64,000 bases of DNA from Candidatus Binatia bacterium (GTDB lineage Bacteria > Desulfobacterota > Binatia > HRBIN30), in assembly GCA_038245295.1 (NCBI GenBank), contig JBBRSP010000031.1:10014-74013 (forward strand). The letters run 5' to 3'. Position 1 is the first letter of the stretch, and each line of letters starts with the position of its first letter. A program made the translations under genes and the position numbers. Below, one piece after another: positions 1-16,615 of this stretch. The notes under the pieces are model-generated. The model did no database searches. It was not told the origin of the DNA and saw only the letters and a list, made by a program, of their open reading frames with translations.

Positions 1-263
1 CCTCGATAGATAGCTCTGGCATAACCATTCGCGAACGTGCTAAGGCGAGCCCCAACGCGAGAGGGCGGCTACCCACTTGCAGGGCATTTAGACGTAGTTT
101 GGTTTCGGCGGTTTCGGTCTTGGCACGGCCAAGGCTGCCGGAAAATGTGCATCCGAGCGGTGCGGGCGCAGGTTTGTCTCCCATGACAAAGCGGCGGCGC
201 ATCCTTCGGCTGTAGTAGATGCCGTGTATCGGTGGGGCCCTTCGTAGAAAACGAGGGACCGAC

Positions 264-8150
<7,887 letters not shown>

Positions 8151-8181
8151 TCGTGTAGACGTCGTTTTCATCTCTTCACCC

Positions 8182-8218
8182 GGCCGGAGCGGTTCTCGAA
8201 CCACTCCGGCCTTTTTTT
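8182..8218 (+). terminator. Rho-independent terminator
   Basis: GGCCGGAGCGGTTC-TC-GAACCACTCCGGCC hairpin followed by T7, just after the giant CDS. Confidence 0.85.
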
Positions 8219-8267
8219 GGCGCGCGGCCTTGGTGGTCGACGTTGAAATCGTGCTATTCGCCGCCGC

Positions 8268-9923
8268 ATGCGACTGCGGCGACGGGCTGAGGTGATTCTT
8301 GCGTTGGCGTTGTTTTGTTTGGCTGGCTGCGGCGAGGACGACAGCGCAGGCGCGGCGGGCAGCACCGCGCTGCCGCCGGCGGACCCGTCCTTCCAGATCG
8401 CCCGCGAAGCTTGCACGTTCTCGGGCGGGGCCAAGGTCGAAGAGACGCTCGGTCTCACGGCGGCGCAACGCGTTGGCATCCCCATCAAGCACGTTGTCGT
8501 CCTGATGAAAGAGAATCGCTCCTTCGACCACGTCCTCGGAAAACTGCACGAGCAAGGTCAACCCGGCACCGAGCCGATCCCGGCTGAATTTCAAAATCCG
8601 ACCTCCTCGGCGAAGAACAAATTCGTCGCTCCATTTCACGCGCCGACGACGTGTTGGAGTCAGGATCCCGGGCATCAGTGGGCGTCGATGTTCCTTAACG
8701 TGAATGACGGACTCATGGATGGCTTCATTACGAACGCCAAGCTGAGCACGACCAGCGATGGCAACTTCGTCATGAGTTACTACGAACAAACGGATCTGCC
8801 TTTCTATTACTGGCTGGCCTCGACCTTCGCACTCAATGACCGGCACTTCCCGTCGGTGCGCAGCGGGACCTTCCCCAACCGCGACTACTTGATGCTGGGC
8901 ACCTCCGACGGTGTGACCTCCACCGGCGATGGCTATCCGAAGCCAGAGACACCGACGATCTTCGATGCGTTGGACAAAGCCGGTGTGACGTGGGGCGTTT
9001 ACAGTGACGGAGGCCTGCTCTCCGAAAGCCTCAATTGGGACTACCGCCACAAAAACACCGGCCACCTCGCTGACTTTCTCGCGGCTCTCGATGGCGCGAC
9101 GTTGCCGCAGGTCACCTTTGTCGATGGCATCGACAGCGTCGAGGACGAGCATCCGACGGGTGACATGCAATATGGCGAGGCGTGGACGCGCAACATCTAC
9201 GAGCACGCTCGCGCCAGTCGTTATTGGAGCAACATGGCGCTCATCTGGACCTACGACGAGAGCGGCGGCTTCTTCGATCATGTTCCGCCGCCTGAGAATC
9301 TTTGCGTGGCGCGTCCGCAGGACGCGGCCTTCCATCAGGCCGGTGTGCGCGTGCCCCTGGTGGTGATTTCACCATGGGCGCGGCCACACTACGTCTCGCA
9401 TATGGTCGAGGATCACACGGCGATCACGCGGTTCATCGAGACCCTGTTCAATCTGCCGGCCCTGACGGCGCGCGATGCGAACAGCAGCGCGCTGCTCGAG
9501 ATGTTCGACTTCGGTGCGCCGTCTCTGGAATCACCGCCGCCGGCGCCAGCGGTCGGTCGCGATGGTTGCGGTGATCTGACGTTGTCACTCGACAAGACAG
9601 TCTACGAGACCGGCGAGGCGATCGAAGTTCGTTTTGCCAACGCCCCAGCCCTGAATCCGCGCGACCGGATCGCCATCTTCGCCGATCCGGCGAGTGGGGC
9701 TCCGCCGCCGAGCCGCGACACGATCCTGGATTGGGTCTATGTCGGCGGCACGCAGATGCAGACGACGACGCCGATTGCCGGCACTGTCCGCCTCGACGCG
9801 AGCACGATCGTGGTCGGTCAGAGTTGGCCGCTCGCTGCGGGGCGTTATGTCGCCGAGTATCTCCCCAACAGCACGTATGCATCGATCGAAGCGGTGGCGT
9901 TCGAGGTCGTGGAGAATCCTTAG
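8268..9923 (+). CDS. Phosphoesterase / phospholipase C family lipoprotein with an extra C-terminal domain
   Basis: Lipobox LAGC; IKHVVVLMKENRSFDH, TFPNR, TYDESGGFFDHVPPP and GVRVPLVVISPW motifs. Confidence 0.85.
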   Translation: MRLRRRAEVILALALFCLAGCGEDDSAGAAGSTALPPADPSFQIAREACTFSGGAKVEETLGLTAAQRVGIPIKHVVVLMKENRSFDHVLGKLHEQGQPGTEPIPAEFQNPTSSAKNKFVAPFHAPTTCWSQDPGHQWASMFLNVNDGLMDGFITNAKLSTTSDGNFVMSYYEQTDLPFYYWLASTFALNDRHFPSVRSGTFPNRDYLMLGTSDGVTSTGDGYPKPETPTIFDALDKAGVTWGVYSDGGLLSESLNWDYRHKNTGHLADFLAALDGATLPQVTFVDGIDSVEDEHPTGDMQYGEAWTRNIYEHARASRYWSNMALIWTYDESGGFFDHVPPPENLCVARPQDAAFHQAGVRVPLVVISPWARPHYVSHMVEDHTAITRFIETLFNLPALTARDANSSALLEMFDFGAPSLESPPPAPAVGRDGCGDLTLSLDKTVYETGEAIEVRFANAPALNPRDRIAIFADPASGAPPPSRDTILDWVYVGGTQMQTTTPIAGTVRLDASTIVVGQSWPLAAGRYVAEYLPNSTYASIEAVAFEVVENP

Positions 9924-10293
9924 AAACGCGGACGACAGGCGGCCTCGCGGTCGATCCCCTCGCTGGCGTCCGACATGGCATCCGCCATCCAACCCGGTTC
10001 CGGATTCCCCATAGGCGAAAATTTCCGGATCCGAGCCAACGCCTGACGCACCAGGAAGCCCCAGGACGCGCTCTCGCCGACCGGGATGGCTCTACCTACG
10101 CACACAAACTCAACGCTTTTTGGGAGTTTGCAGAGCGACCCCTTGAAATTCCTGGGGAATCTCACCGCCGGCGACCGATTCCATCCGTAACCTTGGCGGC
10201 GCCTGCAAAAGCCCGGGTTTTAGTGCCGCCGTCTGATAGTCGGTGGCGGGATAGGATGGCCCCGGCCGTTTGCCTGGCTCGCCGACGTCGGAA

Positions 10294-11364
10294 TTAATCC
10301 AGGAGTGCGACAGTCTTTACCTGCACCCACACGTCTTTCCCCAGGGCTACATCGAGTCCTGCCGCTGCCCGCTTTGTCAGCCGGGCGACCAGGAGGGCAT
10401 CGCCGACCCGCACCCGCACAAGGGTCAGTGCGGGATGTTCGTCGGCTGCGATGGCATCGACCCGTCCGCGCAGCACATTCTGGATGCTGGTGTCGCCGAG
10501 AGGCTCACGGGCGAGGCTGACGTCGCGCGCCAGAACGCGGACCCGAATTTTGCGACCGATGGGAAAGCCATGATCCTGAGTCCACAAGCTCCCGCCGGGA
10601 AAGTCCACCCTCGCCAGGTGCCAAGGTTCGTCGATCATCCCCACTGTTGCATCCACCACGGCGCCGACATCTTCGCCAAGGCGGATAGGGAGGTCGAGCC
10701 GTGCCAGCGTTTGGGCCAAGGGCCCGTTGGCCATCACCCGACCGCCTTCCATGGCGACGATGTCATCCGCCAAGCGGGCCACTTCGTCCGGCGAATGAGT
10801 GACGTAGAGAACTGGAATTTTCAGTTCGTCGTGTAGTCGTTCCAGGTACGGCAGGATTTCCTGTTTGCGTTTGAGGTCAAGCGCGGCCAGGGGTTCGTCC
10901 ATCAGCAGGAGGCTCGGGTTGACGGCGAGCGCGCGCGCAATGCTCACACGCTGGCGCTCGCCCCCGGATAGAAGATCCGGTTTTCGATTCAGCAGAGGTC
11001 GGATGCCCAGAAGCTCGATGGTCTGATCGAGGCTTACCTGTTGTGTGCCCGTGCTCCGTTTCATGCCGTAGCGTAGGTTGCCGAGTACGGTCAGATGAGG
11101 GAATAGGCTCGCTTCCTGGAAGACATAACCCAAGGGGCGTTTGTGGGTCGGGAGCCAGCGGTCGGCACTCTGCCACACCTCGTCATTCACAGTAAGCAGG
11201 CCCTGCGGCGCGCGTTCCAGGCCGGCGATGCATCGTAGCAACGTCGTCTTACCCGAGCCGGATGGCCCGAAAATCGCGGTCACGCCGCGACCGGGCAGAG
11301 TCAGATCCACGTCGAGGGTGAACCCGTCCCAGTCGAGACGGAACCTTGCCTCGATGCCGGCCAT
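10294..11364 (-). CDS. modC: Molybdate ABC transporter ATP-binding protein
   Basis: Walker A GPSGSGKT, LSGGERQR, LLLMDEP, C-terminal TOBE/Mop-like region; downstream of modB. Confidence 0.95.
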   Translation of the reverse strand: MAGIEARFRLDWDGFTLDVDLTLPGRGVTAIFGPSGSGKTTLLRCIAGLERAPQGLLTVNDEVWQSADRWLPTHKRPLGYVFQEASLFPHLTVLGNLRYGMKRSTGTQQVSLDQTIELLGIRPLLNRKPDLLSGGERQRVSIARALAVNPSLLLMDEPLAALDLKRKQEILPYLERLHDELKIPVLYVTHSPDEVARLADDIVAMEGGRVMANGPLAQTLARLDLPIRLGEDVGAVVDATVGMIDEPWHLARVDFPGGSLWTQDHGFPIGRKIRVRVLARDVSLAREPLGDTSIQNVLRGRVDAIAADEHPALTLVRVRVGDALLVARLTKRAAAGLDVALGKDVWVQVKTVALLD

Positions 11365-11365
11365 C

Positions 11366-12046
11366 TCAAGCTCCCTTTTTGGGACCGCTCCGCCAAGTGT
11401 AGAGCGCGAGCAACACGCAGAAAGAAAACGCGAGCATCACGGCCGCCAACTCGTGAGCCTGCGTATACTCGAGAGCCTGGACGTGGTCGTAAATCTGCAC
11501 CGAAGCGACGCGGGTTACGCCCGGTAGGTTGCCGCCGATCATCAACACTACTCCGAACTCGCCGACGGTGTGGGCGAATGTCAGCGTGCTCGCGGCCAAG
11601 AATCCAGGCAACGCCAGCGGCACAGCCACGGTGAAGAAGGCGTCCAGCGGTGAGGCACGCAACGCGGCGGCCACTTCCAACGGCCGGTCGCCGACTGCCT
11701 CGAAGGCGGTTTGCAAGGGCTGCACCATGAAGGGTAGCGAATAGAAAACTGAGGCCACTACCAAGCCCCAGAACGTGAAGGGCAACGACGCGATACCCAG
11801 CAGCTGGGTGAGATGTCCGACCGGACCGTTTGGTCCCATCGCCAACAGCAAATAGAATCCGAGCACCGAAGGCGGCAACACCAGAGGCAAGCCCACGACG
11901 GCAGCAACTGGCCCCTTCCACCACGTTCGGGTGCGCGCCAGCCACCAGGCGATCGGCGTCCCGATCAGCAAAAGGATGATGGTGACGACGCTCGCCAGCC
12001 GGACGGTCAGCCAGATGGCTTGAAGATCACCACTGCTCAGAGGCAT
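11366..12046 (-). CDS. modB: Molybdate ABC transporter permease
   Basis: Starts [18 protein letters not shown] (ATG 12046); [15 protein letters not shown] and [20 protein letters not shown] motifs. Confidence 0.95.
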   Translation of the reverse strand: MPLSSGDLQAIWLTVRLASVVTIILLLIGTPIAWWLARTRTWWKGPVAAVVGLPLVLPPSVLGFYLLLAMGPNGPVGHLTQLLGIASLPFTFWGLVVASVFYSLPFMVQPLQTAFEAVGDRPLEVAAALRASPLDAFFTVAVPLALPGFLAASTLTFAHTVGEFGVVLMIGGNLPGVTRVASVQIYDHVQALEYTQAHELAAVMLAFSFCVLLALYTWRSGPKKGA

Positions 12047-12051
12047 GGGAT

Positions 12052-12903
12052 TCAATCGGAATCTCCCTGCTTGTCGGCCGATTCGCTCGGCAGGACGAAG
12101 CCGTACTTTGTCATCACCGTACGCGCGGACTTGCCGCTCATGTGCTCGGCAAAACGCTTGGCGAGCGCATTGTCGGTCGCTCGTTTGGTGATGATGTAGC
12201 CTTGTTCGAGTGGCTCGTGCAGGTTGTCGGGAATCAGCCAGTAGCCGCCCTTGCCAGCCAGTTCCGGATTTAGCGCTAGCGCCAGTGCGATGATACCGAC
12301 CTGCGCATTGCCGGTCTGCACGAGCTGGGCAGTCTGGGCGATGTTCTCCCCGTACACCAGTTTGGATTCGACCTTCTCCCACAAGCCGGAGGCGCGCAGC
12401 GCTTCTTCGGCCCGTTTGCCGTATGGCGCGTGTTTGGGGTTGGCAATGGCTATGTGCGTGATCTTCGGATCAGTGAGGCTGGCCAGCGTCATCCTGGTCG
12501 CGTCGGCGATAGCGCTCCACAAAACAATGCGCCCTAGCGCATACGGCCTCACCTCTGTTGAGGCGAATCCGTTCTTGGCCAGTTCGCGGGGGAAGGCGAT
12601 GTCGGCAGAGAAAAAGAGGTCGTAGGGCGCGCCTTCCTGAATTTGCGCGTTGAAATTGCCGGAGGACCCGTAGATGACGTCAACCTCGGCGCCCGGATTG
12701 GCGTCCTTGAAGGAGGTCACGATCTGATCCATGGCAAACTTGAGATCGGCGGCCGCTGCAATGGAAAGCTTCTCGGCGCCCTTTTCGAGAAGGATGTTGC
12801 CGAGATCCCTCGCGGCAACATGTCGCGGCTGCGTGAAGAGCAACATCATCGTTGCGGCGGCCGACAAGAACCGTCTGGGCTCGGCAAGTCGCCTAGCGTT
12901 CAT
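12052..12903 (-). CDS. modA: Molybdate ABC transporter substrate-binding protein
   Basis: [38 protein letters not shown] motifs; GGAGGG RBS before ATG 12903. Confidence 0.93.
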   Translation of the reverse strand: MNARRLAEPRRFLSAAATMMLLFTQPRHVAARDLGNILLEKGAEKLSIAAAADLKFAMDQIVTSFKDANPGAEVDVIYGSSGNFNAQIQEGAPYDLFFSADIAFPRELAKNGFASTEVRPYALGRIVLWSAIADATRMTLASLTDPKITHIAIANPKHAPYGKRAEEALRASGLWEKVESKLVYGENIAQTAQLVQTGNAQVGIIALALALNPELAGKGGYWLIPDNLHEPLEQGYIITKRATDNALAKRFAEHMSGKSARTVMTKYGFVLPSESADKQGDSD

Positions 12904-12954
12904 CGTGGCCCTCCATTTGCACTTGAGTGACGACATGGGTGAACCACACGTCAC

Positions 12955-13125
12955 CTATCCATCCAGGTGGAATTGCTCACCAGTCATGCTGGCGCCATAC
13001 CCGGGCAACTCATCGACCAGGCGCCGAAAGGGCTGCGACTGCAGGATGCGGATCAATGTCTGGATGCGTGAGTCATACTGTCGATCCGTGCGGTAGCTGG
13101 CAAATGCCTGACATGATCGTATCAG
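12955..13125 (-). pseudogene. 3' remnant of a PBP-like (molybdate-sensing, YvgK/FdsR-type) regulator gene
   Basis: Frame with no convincing start reads ...YDSRIQTLIRILQSQPFRRLVDELPGYGASMTGEQFHLDG*, resembling the C-terminus of PBP_like proteins; lies directly upstream of modA. Confidence 0.55.
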
Positions 13126-13284
13126 TCAAGGAGCTGAGGCTACTTGGGCAGACAGCGCCCGAGTTTGCTCGCAGCGCACCCGGCACGCGACCGCCCTGAT
13201 CCGTCGCGAACCGTCGTCGGAGGCTCGCGAACGGTTCGGATTGTGCTTTCGCCGGACGGCCATCGGTCCTATAGTTCCGACGCC

Positions 13285-13974
13285 ATGCAGCTCAGAGACG
13301 CATTTGGCCATTTGCGCCCCATCCGTTGGGGAATGATCAATCTCGGCGGGTATCTCACCGCCTTGCAGCTGCGCGTCTTCAATCATTTGCGCGTCGAGGG
13401 GGTCGAGAATCTCAAGAACCTACCGGCGCGCGGTGTGCTCCTGGTGTCGAATCACATGACGCAGTTCATGGATCCGATCCTCGTCTGTCACACGGTGAGT
13501 TATCTGCGGCGCCCATATCTCGTCTGGCCGCGCACCAATCTGTACATCGTGGCGGCCCTCGAGACGATGAAGAACAGCTGGCTGCCTCGCCTCATGGCGT
13601 ACAATGGCACCATCCTCATCAAGCGCACGTGGAAAGAGAGCGACAAGCTGATCGAGCGCAAGGTCGACCCCGAAGACATCGAGAAGATCAATGCGGGATT
13701 GAACGACGGCTGGGTGCTCACCTTCCCGCAAGGAACCACCGCACCCGGCGCGCCGGGCCGTATCGGCTCCGCCCACATCATCAAACAATTCCGTCCCGTC
13801 GTTGTGCCGGTGCGCCTCGAGGGGTTGCGCGACGCGTTCGACAAGACCGGGCTCAAGCTGCGCAAGACCGGCATCGATCTGTGCGTTCGCTACGGCCGCC
13901 CTCTCGAGATCGACTACGACCTGCCGCCGGCCGCCATTCTTGGAATGGTGATGGCCGGCATTGGCGAGGAATGA
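13285..13974 (+). CDS. Lysophospholipid acyltransferase (PlsC-like)
   Basis: NHxxxxD motif (SNHMTQFMD), FPQGT, PVVVPV. Start uncertain. Confidence 0.85.
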   Translation: MQLRDAFGHLRPIRWGMINLGGYLTALQLRVFNHLRVEGVENLKNLPARGVLLVSNHMTQFMDPILVCHTVSYLRRPYLVWPRTNLYIVAALETMKNSWLPRLMAYNGTILIKRTWKESDKLIERKVDPEDIEKINAGLNDGWVLTFPQGTTAPGAPGRIGSAHIIKQFRPVVVPVRLEGLRDAFDKTGLKLRKTGIDLCVRYGRPLEIDYDLPPAAILGMVMAGIGEE

Positions 13975-14004
13975 CAACGGCACCCGGCCGGTCCCACATG
14001 AGCC

Positions 14005-14072
14005 GGGCAAGGGCAAGAGTTTGGATCGACGGCCGATCCTTGACCTCGCCTACCTTGCCGTTGCCCTTGCCC
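14005..14072. repeat. Inverted hexamer-repeat hairpin (GGGCAA)n ... (TTGCCC)n
   Basis: GGGCAAGGGCAA 14005-14016 pairs with TTGCCCTTGCCC 14061-14072; inner GGATCG/CGATCC stem. Confidence 0.7.
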
Positions 14073-14139
14073 TCCCAAGTTGGAATCCCAGCCTCTCCAG
14101 CCGATTGATCCGCAGCGGCGATTGACCTAGACGCCGCTC

Positions 14140-14583
14140 ATGCGATTGGCTCCGAACAAACTGCCGCCCACTCGAACGCTTGATCCGATACACCTGGTCG
14201 CCGGGCTCGGTGCGATGCTGTTGATGACCGGCTGTACTTCCATCCAGAAACCCACCAGCGGTTGGTTCGGCAGCGCCACGCCCACTCCTGCGCCGGCACC
14301 CGTCTCGGCGGGCCCGACGGCAGCCACACAGGTCTACTACGCCGCCAGCGCGGGGCTCGAGGTGTTCAGCAAACCTGCGTCCTCGTCGAAGGTCGTCGGC
14401 AGGCTCTACCCGTATCAGCGGGTGACCCGCTCCAAGATCGAGAACGGTTACGCCTATGTCGAGGCCGACGAGACGGCCGTGAAGGGCTGGGTCGACAACG
14501 CGAAGTTGCTTTGGCGCATCCCCGCACCAACGGCAAATACACCGCCCGCTGCAACCCCGGCGCCGGCTACCAATCAACACTGA
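14140..14583 (+). CDS. Small lipoprotein with SH3b-like domain
   Basis: Lipobox-like MTGC; RVTRSKIENGYAYVE...KGWVDNAKL pattern; Pro/Ala linkers. Confidence 0.7.
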   Translation: MRLAPNKLPPTRTLDPIHLVAGLGAMLLMTGCTSIQKPTSGWFGSATPTPAPAPVSAGPTAATQVYYAASAGLEVFSKPASSSKVVGRLYPYQRVTRSKIENGYAYVEADETAVKGWVDNAKLLWRIPAPTANTPPAATPAPATNQH

Positions 14584-14693
14584 TCAGCGCGGTGCTTTGT
14601 CCGCCACCCCAGGAGGGAACTGGGTACTGCGGCAGGTCAACACTCCCTCTCCCAGCCCAAACGGAGTTGCGACACCTGGGAGAGGGTCGGGGT

Positions 14694-14956
14694 CAATGTC
14701 GTCAAGTTAGCGAGGGTGAGGGCCAATGCGAAGCCTCGTCATCCCGGCGGAGGAGACTGTCGTAAAACCAAAGTGGAGCGACGTCATCCCGGTGAAAACC
14801 GGGATCTCCCCCTGCCGGAAGCCGCGAAAGCTGGCGAGATACCGGCTTTCGCCGGTATGACGGGGGTGTTTGCGCTGCTTCAAACGATGAATCAGAGAAA
14901 GTCGACAGACTCGGAGGCCGAGACGACGCACTTTTCTCGCTAACTTGACGACATTG
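14694..14956. mobile_element. Non-autonomous MITE, 21-bp perfect TIRs and ~10-bp target duplication (IS4-like ends)
   Basis: CAATGTCGTCAAGTTAGCGAG 14694-14714 / CTCGCTAACTTGACGACATTG 14936-14956; flanks GGGTCGGGGT and GGGCCGGGGT. Confidence 0.75.
14753..14912. mobile_element. 160-bp MITE (copy 1) nested within the previous MITE
   Basis: Ends GAGACTGTCG / CGACAGACTC, GGAG duplicated on both sides; aligns along its length with the reverse complement of 42768-42926. Confidence 0.75.
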
Positions 14957-15367
14957 GGGCCGGGGTGAGGGTTCACAATCCGGATGCCATCGGCAGGCCC
15001 TTGCGGTCGAACTGTGTGCCGCGATACCCAAACATGGCGCTGCCGAAATTCGATATCGAGGCCATGGGTGGGCTGGTCATCCCGGCGCACCGCCACACGC
15101 GGAGAAGTCGCAGGGGCAATCCATTCGCGACGCGCAGATTTCCCCTGACGAGTATTATCCGGACGGCTAGAAGCCCGATCTGTTGGAGTGTTGGCCGACG
15201 GACAACCCTGTCATCCCGGCGGACAAGGTGCGGCCGGGGCTCTTCTTGCACCCAATGCGTGATACCAACGCGGCGCAAGAGCAGAAAACGGATCACTGAT
15301 GTCGACCATCGCTGAAGGGCAAGACGTGACCAACGCTTTGAAACCACAAGGAGGCCAGGGAGGTTAA

Positions 15368-15494
15368 ATGTTTCACCGCGATCGCCATGGGGCTGGGGAT
15401 GATGATGGCGACCACTGCCATCTTCGCACAGAAGGCACCCAAGGGTCTTCGTCTACCCGGCGAAGGGCAGAGCAAAGATCAGAAGAGCGACCGA
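15368..15494 (+). pseudogene. Frameshifted 5' remnant of a secreted glycine-zipper-family gene
   Basis: Signal-like TAIAMGLGMMMATTAIFAQ, then VFVYPAKG and QSKDQKSD in shifted frames, recalling the YPAKGQS..QQ..D N-terminus. Confidence 0.4.
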
Positions 15495-15511
15495 TGGGAG
15501 GGTGAGTTCGG

Positions 15512-16504
15512 ATGATGCTGAAACGAGTCCTCGCACTACTGTGCGTCGCCGCCCTGCCGTGGTTCGCCGCGGCGGTACAGGCGGAAATTCATGCCGATGA
15601 GGTCCTCACCGATGTGGGTCTGTCGGCGGAGGCAAGACAACAGGTGCTGAGCGGCGAGTTCTTCACCGGCGAGCTGCCGACGATTTCCGACCGTGATCTG
15701 TCGGTGGCGAGTGTGTTCCTGGTCAAGACTTCGCCTGAAAAGCTCAGCCAACAGCTCGTCGCCGGCAATCTAATCCGCAACGACCCGCAGGTGCAATCGT
15801 TCGGCGAGTTCACCGGCAGCGGTCACCTGTCTGATCTCGCGCGCTTGCATCTGACCGACAACGCCGCAAAGGCTTTCGCGAGTGCGCAGGGCGGCTCGGC
15901 GTTGAATCTCTCGACGACCGAGATCAGCGTCTTTCACGCGTTGTCGCCAGCAGCGCCGCAGGCCGTCCAGCAGCAGCTGCACAAGGTCCTATTGAGCCGA
16001 TTCCAGGCATACCAGGCCTCCGGGCTGGCGGCGTTGACCCCGTACGATCGCGGCGGCGGCAGCAGCACCGACGTCGCTGGTGACTTGCATCAAGCCACCG
16101 AGACGGTGCGCACGTTCAAGAAGTATGTGCCGCACTTTCAGCAAGCGCTGGCCAACTATCCACAAGACGGCCATCCCGGGATCAAGCACAAGTTCTACTG
16201 GCTGGCCTACAACATCGATGGGACCATGACCTACGTCCTGACACATTCGATGGTGGCGACCGATGGTGCCGCGCGTATCGCGGTACAGCGCCAGTACTAC
16301 GTCAGCACCGGATACAACGTCGAGCAGGCGGTGGTCGGCCTCCTGCCGGTCGTGGAGGGAACGGTGGTGGTGTACAGCAACCATACGTTCACCGACCAGG
16401 TCGCCGGGTTTGGTGGCTCGGCGAAACGCAACATCGGTCGCCGCGTGATGACCGGCAAGCTCAAGCAAATCTTCGAGACGGCCAGGCAGAACGCGGCGGA
16501 ATAG
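15512..16504 (+). CDS. Secreted hypothetical protein
   Basis: 330-aa ORF, GGAGGG RBS, signal peptide ending VQA-E; no family recognised. Confidence 0.75.
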   Translation: MMLKRVLALLCVAALPWFAAAVQAEIHADEVLTDVGLSAEARQQVLSGEFFTGELPTISDRDLSVASVFLVKTSPEKLSQQLVAGNLIRNDPQVQSFGEFTGSGHLSDLARLHLTDNAAKAFASAQGGSALNLSTTEISVFHALSPAAPQAVQQQLHKVLLSRFQAYQASGLAALTPYDRGGGSSTDVAGDLHQATETVRTFKKYVPHFQQALANYPQDGHPGIKHKFYWLAYNIDGTMTYVLTHSMVATDGAARIAVQRQYYVSTGYNVEQAVVGLLPVVEGTVVVYSNHTFTDQVAGFGGSAKRNIGRRVMTGKLKQIFETARQNAAE

Positions 16505-16615
16505 TTCCCCGCCCGGGTCCACTTGGCAGGAAGGTGCGCGGGACGGCGTCGGAGGGGGCGCCGTCTCCTCGCTTGGCAAACCAATCGAGCAAATGAGGGC
16601 GAAAGGAATGGAGTA

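Noticed and set aside
10244..10259. TGGCGGGATAGGATGG as a tRNA 3'-end att remnant beside modC
   Set aside because: Short, imperfect resemblance with no T-arm sequence and no integrase or partner site in the window.
14980..15170. Possible enolase-superfamily gene remnant (AVELCAAIP / NMALPKFDIE)
   Set aside because: Needs a frameshift and rests on a few residues; cannot be supported without a search.
16574..16607. GGCAAACC as the start of a c-di-GMP-I riboswitch
   Set aside because: No GNRA-capped P2 stem or downstream GCAAAG/P3 elements.
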